The notes under the pieces are model-generated. The model ran no database searches. It was given only the letters and a program-made list of their open reading frames with translations, and was not told where the DNA came from. Shown here one piece after another: positions 60,551-64,000 of a stretch of 64,000 nucleotides of DNA; the first letter of the stretch is position 1; each line of letters starts with the position of its first letter. The position numbers and the translations under genes are program-made. Origin of the DNA: Alphaproteobacteria bacterium. Lineage in GTDB: Bacteria > Pseudomonadota > Alphaproteobacteria > CAAHEQ01 > UBA3637. The DNA is taken from NCBI GenBank assembly GCA_045632845.1, contig JAZQXL010000012.1:13816-77815 (forward strand). Direction: 5' to 3'.

Positions 60551-63199
60551 ATGGCGGACGAAAACGAAATTGAAGTACAAGAAAAACCAGAGGTTTTAAC
60601 CAGACCTGCTTACGGCTTAGGTGCTGAAGGTGAGTTGCTCAATCAAATTGCTGCTCCTGACAGAAAAGAAGAACGTGAGAAGGAAAAGAAAAAACGCAAA
60701 AAAACGCAACAAAAGCAAGTTTCATCTCTTTCTTTTGTTATTTTGATGCGTACAACATTGTTCATTGACGCAGTTAAAAGAAAATACAAAAAAGTATTTC
60801 AAATTTTATCATATATCTGGGGATTTATTATTTCGCTTGTTTATGCTGGCGGAATTACAATGATTTTAACTATCAATTACGCACGCACCCACTTTCCAAT
60901 TATTGTTGAAACATATTTAAAACACCACAATATTGAAGTCGAATCATTAGAAGTTTCAGATAATACACTTTCAAGAATTAAACTTTCCAATGTACAAGAT
61001 GCTAAACGCACCTATCGCATCAGAAATATGTATCTTTATTCATCCTTTGGCGATTTTTTACGTAAAAAAGTTCATCGTGTCGAATTTGACTATTTAACGG
61101 TTAAAGTTCAAGATGATGAACAGTCTGTTAATTTAAGTCCTTTATTCCCATTACTTCTCAATCTAGACAAACAACGTGATATTGATATTAACTCTGTTGT
61201 TATTAAAAATGCCTTACTTGAGATTGAGGGTAAAAACTACAAAATCCCTGTTAACTTTTCATTAGATGCTCAATTTGGGGATAAAAGCACAATGAATGTT
61301 CCATTACGAATTCGTACTGACAATACAAATTTAATGGGAAATTTAACACTTGAAAAAACAGGAGCAGACTTTGTTTGGACATTAAGAAATTTAAGAGGAA
61401 CAACAAATTTATTAGATAAAAAAACAGAGAATTTGTCTGGCTCAATCACTCTAAAAACAAGAGAACTTACGCCCACATATATCAAAATCAATGCAGATTT
61501 TTCACTTGGTCAAACATCAAAGAATGTTTCTATCGAACTAAACAGCAAGAAAAAATCTTTTGAAGGAAGTTTAAAATATTCAAAAAAATTAAAACAAGAG
61601 AATAAAGAGCAACTTGTTTCAGAATTTATTCTTGATTTTGATGGTATTCAAATTAATTCTTTTTCAAATATAACATCTTTAAACCCTATTGATGTTAATA
61701 TTACAAAAATTGGCAACCCTTCATTTGAGGTTCAAAACCTTTTTGGAACACTTTATGGAAATTTGTCGTGTAGACAATTATCCTGCTCTTATGACATCAC
61801 TGATACAACCCCAATTACTGTTGGTCAAGTAACGTATAAAGATGGGGTTAACACATATAAAAACTCTCAACCAGTTACATTTAGTGCTGTTCAGCAAGAA
61901 AACACCTTAAAAATTTCAAATAATTTCACTTCAATTAATATTAAAGGAAGAGATCTTGTATTTGATGGATCAAAAGAACCTGCTAACACCAAGTTAAAAT
62001 TAAATGCTGAAACATTCTTGATTAAAACAGACGATTTAAATCCAGAAAGATCAGCCTCATTCTCAGCTCAGCACTTGAATTTTAAAAACCCACTCCAAGA
62101 AATTAGGGACGCTTCTGTTTATATTAATGATATTTATCGCATTGAAAATCAGTATGCCTTAAGCTCTTCTTATATTAGTTTAGCAAACAATGATATCATT
62201 AAAAAACCATTTGCTCTCAGTATCCATTCAGAAAATGGAAGAACTCAAGCGAAAGCTCTGTTTGCAGATGAAAAAATTCAAGCCAACTTTAACGGTTCTG
62301 TTAACTTAAATTCAGGACATTTTTCTGGTACGATTTTTATTCCACCATTATATCTTGAACAAATAAAAGATCTTCCTCAAATTTCAACTCTTTTCCCTAG
62401 CGAAATTCAAAGATTATCAGGACAAGTTTCTTTGTACGGAAATATTGATTGGAAAAGTGATAAGCAAATTTCAGGTCCACTTTACCTTTCTTTGAAAAAT
62501 ATATATTTCACAAAGGGGGCCACCAGAGTTAAAAATCTGAACACAGTGCTCACACTACAATCTTTACAACCATTCATTTCTCAATCAGCCCAGAATATTG
62601 CTATTGATGAAATTGAAGCAGGCATTCCATTACAAAACATTCGCTCATCAGTTCGATTTGAAAACCAACAGCTCCGAATCTTCTCATTAACCGGTTCTTT
62701 TGCAGGCATTCAATTAGCAGCGGATAATGTTTCTATTCCATACAAATCAAATAGCTCTATGTTATATTTTAGAAACGGCTCAATTAATTTAGATGATATT
62801 AATCCCTATTTAAAATTAAATGGTTTATCATTAAAAGGAACTGGAAGTATTTATATCCCCGTTGAAGCAACGCCTCAATCAATGCAAATAAAAAATGCAG
62901 AATTAAAATTATTAAACACAACGTTAAAATATACAGGGGATAATTCAGAATTTAAGAATAGCTTGTTTAAACATGGGGATGAATATATTATCAGAAGTGG
63001 TACATTAAACATTTCCTCTCAAACAAATAATATCCTTGATGCATACATTAACATTGAAGGGAGAGAAAAGAATGAAACGGAACACAACTTCTATAGAACA
63101 GATAAATCATTCAATTTTAATGATTTGCTAAAACCAGAAGAAAGCGATCCGATTCCTACCCAAATTCTTAAGCTACAAAATCAACTATCGCACAAATAA
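60551..63199 (+). CDS. large membrane-anchored hypothetical protein (possibly AsmA/TamB-like beta-rich periplasmic protein)
   Basis: 882 aa. Charged N-terminus, one TM helix (~aa 85-110), then a long N/S/T/K-rich beta-type sequence. I do not recognise a family. Confidence 0.35.
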   Translation: MADENEIEVQEKPEVLTRPAYGLGAEGELLNQIAAPDRKEEREKEKKKRKKTQQKQVSSLSFVILMRTTLFIDAVKRKYKKVFQILSYIWGFIISLVYAGGITMILTINYARTHFPIIVETYLKHHNIEVESLEVSDNTLSRIKLSNVQDAKRTYRIRNMYLYSSFGDFLRKKVHRVEFDYLTVKVQDDEQSVNLSPLFPLLLNLDKQRDIDINSVVIKNALLEIEGKNYKIPVNFSLDAQFGDKSTMNVPLRIRTDNTNLMGNLTLEKTGADFVWTLRNLRGTTNLLDKKTENLSGSITLKTRELTPTYIKINADFSLGQTSKNVSIELNSKKKSFEGSLKYSKKLKQENKEQLVSEFILDFDGIQINSFSNITSLNPIDVNITKIGNPSFEVQNLFGTLYGNLSCRQLSCSYDITDTTPITVGQVTYKDGVNTYKNSQPVTFSAVQQENTLKISNNFTSINIKGRDLVFDGSKEPANTKLKLNAETFLIKTDDLNPERSASFSAQHLNFKNPLQEIRDASVYINDIYRIENQYALSSSYISLANNDIIKKPFALSIHSENGRTQAKALFADEKIQANFNGSVNLNSGHFSGTIFIPPLYLEQIKDLPQISTLFPSEIQRLSGQVSLYGNIDWKSDKQISGPLYLSLKNIYFTKGATRVKNLNTVLTLQSLQPFISQSAQNIAIDEIEAGIPLQNIRSSVRFENQQLRIFSLTGSFAGIQLAADNVSIPYKSNSSMLYFRNGSINLDDINPYLKLNGLSLKGTGSIYIPVEATPQSMQIKNAELKLLNTTLKYTGDNSEFKNSLFKHGDEYIIRSGTLNISSQTNNILDAYINIEGREKNETEHNFYRTDKSFNFNDLLKPEESDPIPTQILKLQNQLSHK

Positions 63200-63273
63200 A
63201 AGGAGCTTTTTACAAAAAAAATAGAACAACATACTCAAAATAATATAAATTTTTCATCCAAACTAAAAAAACA

Positions 63274-63302
63274 CTTGCAAAATTTATATTTTTTATGTAT
63301 AA
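63274..63302 (+). promoter_or_regulatory. sigma70-type promoter for rpmF-plsX (TTGCAA-17-TATAAG)
   Basis: The -35 is TTGCAA at 63274-63279 and the -10 is TATAAG at 63297-63302, with a 17-nt spacer, about 70 nt upstream of rpmF. Confidence 0.4.
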
Positions 63303-63372
63303 GATAAACCCTATTGTAAGTAAAAAGACATCAATAGTTGATGTTTAACAAATTAGAAAAAGAGAGATTAAA

Positions 63373-63564
63373 ATGGCAGTACCTAAGAAAAAAACATCCA
63401 AATCAAAAAAGAACATGCGTCGTTCACATTTGGCTTTGGGCACAAATGCATGCATTGAATGTCCAAAATGTGGCGAATTAACACGTCCACACCATGTTTG
63501 TGAATCATGCGGTCATTACAATAAAAAAGACATTATTGTAAACGAAACATCTGAAGCAAAATAA
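63373..63564 (+). CDS. rpmF: 50S ribosomal protein L32
   Basis: [19 protein letters not shown]… is the L32 N-terminal signature. A CxxC…CxxC zinc ribbon is present. Confidence 0.9.
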   Translation: MAVPKKKTSKSKKNMRRSHLALGTNACIECPKCGELTRPHHVCESCGHYNKKDIIVNETSEAK

Positions 63565-63576
63565 GGAATTTGACTG

Positions 63577-64000
63577 TTGAGTGAAACATTAGTCATATCA
63601 ATTGATGCAATGGGGGGCGACAATGCTCCCCAATCAGTGATTGAAGGCATTAGCCGAGTCGCTAAAAAAGAACCATCTGTTTTCTTCTTTTTATTCGGGG
63701 ATGAAGCTCAAATAAAAAAATTAGCAGATGAATATAAAATCCCAGATACACGTTACAAAATTCATCACACGACTGATGTAATTAGTGGCGATGCTAAACC
63801 ATCTGTTGCCATTCGTAGTGGCCGTGAAAGCAGTATGTGGAAAGCTATTATGTCCGTACGTAACGGATATTCTAAAGCAGTTATTTCAGCTGGCAATACG
63901 GGTGCATTAATGGCAATGAGCAAAATTTGTCTTGGCACTCTTCCAGGGATTGACCGCCCAGCTATTGCTGCTGTTTTACCAACAAGCAAAACTCCTCTTG
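63577..64000 (+). CDS. plsX: phosphate acyltransferase PlsX (5' partial; continues beyond the window end)
   Basis: Hand translation from the TTG at 63577 gives LSETLVISIDAMGGDNAPQSVIEGI…AVISAGNTGALMAMSKI…, the PlsX N-terminal signature. There is no stop before the window end, so it is absent from the ORF track. The conserved rpmF-plsX linkage supports the call. Confidence 0.8.
   Translation, partial: MSETLVISIDAMGGDNAPQSVIEGISRVAKKEPSVFFFLFGDEAQIKKLADEYKIPDTRYKIHHTTDVISGDAKPSVAIRSGRESSMWKAIMSVRNGYSKAVISAGNTGALMAMSKICLGTLPGIDRPAIAAVLPTSKTPL

Noticed and set aside
63765-63989. 74-aa minus-strand ORF at the window end
   Set aside because: It is antisense to the clearly recognisable plsX N-terminus (ISIDAMGGDNAP…).

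Overview
This is a 64-kb chromosomal segment from an AT-rich alphaproteobacterium, very probably a host-associated or intracellular lineage. The assignment is inferred from several features: a CtrA response regulator with a CtrA box in its own promoter, the F1 ATP-synthase gene order atpH/A/G/D/C, the dnaN-recF-gyrB and bamD-recN-ligA blocks, two ankyrin-repeat proteins and a giant autotransporter adhesin. Gene density is high and most genes are housekeeping: rpmJ, lnt, the F1 ATP synthase operon, amiC, rne, alr, ctrA, gyrB/recF/dnaN, dnaK/dnaJ, ampG, typA, tsaC, pckG (GTP type), bamD, recN, ligA, rpmF and a partial plsX. Seven things stand out. (1) The ATP-synthase delta gene is reduced to its C-terminal domain and fused in frame to atpA. 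(2) A tRNA-Glu is followed by a tandem ~177-bp duplication that contains a copy of the tRNA 3' end, resembling an integration (att) scar. A three-gene islet follows: a frameshifted P-loop kinase-like gene, a prephenate-dehydratase domain protein lacking the ACT domain, and a divergent RlmN/Cfr-like radical-SAM protein. (3) An orphan 67-aa ORF encodes only the C-terminal zinc-ribbon and glycyl-radical domain of class III ribonucleotide reductase NrdD. (4) A 3302-aa classical autotransporter has a triplicated, highly repetitive passenger domain, giving long tandem DNA repeats. (5) Two ankyrin-repeat proteins are candidate effectors, one with an alpha/beta-hydrolase-like domain. (6) There is a DUF2130 zinc-ribbon/coiled-coil protein of unknown function next to a GT2 glycosyltransferase. 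(7) Several palindromic motifs lie in intergenic regions. No CRISPR array, IS element, integrase or rRNA was found. Coordinates taken from the ORF track are exact. Coordinates I derived by hand (tRNA, rpmJ, terminators, promoters, repeats) may be off by a few nucleotides.
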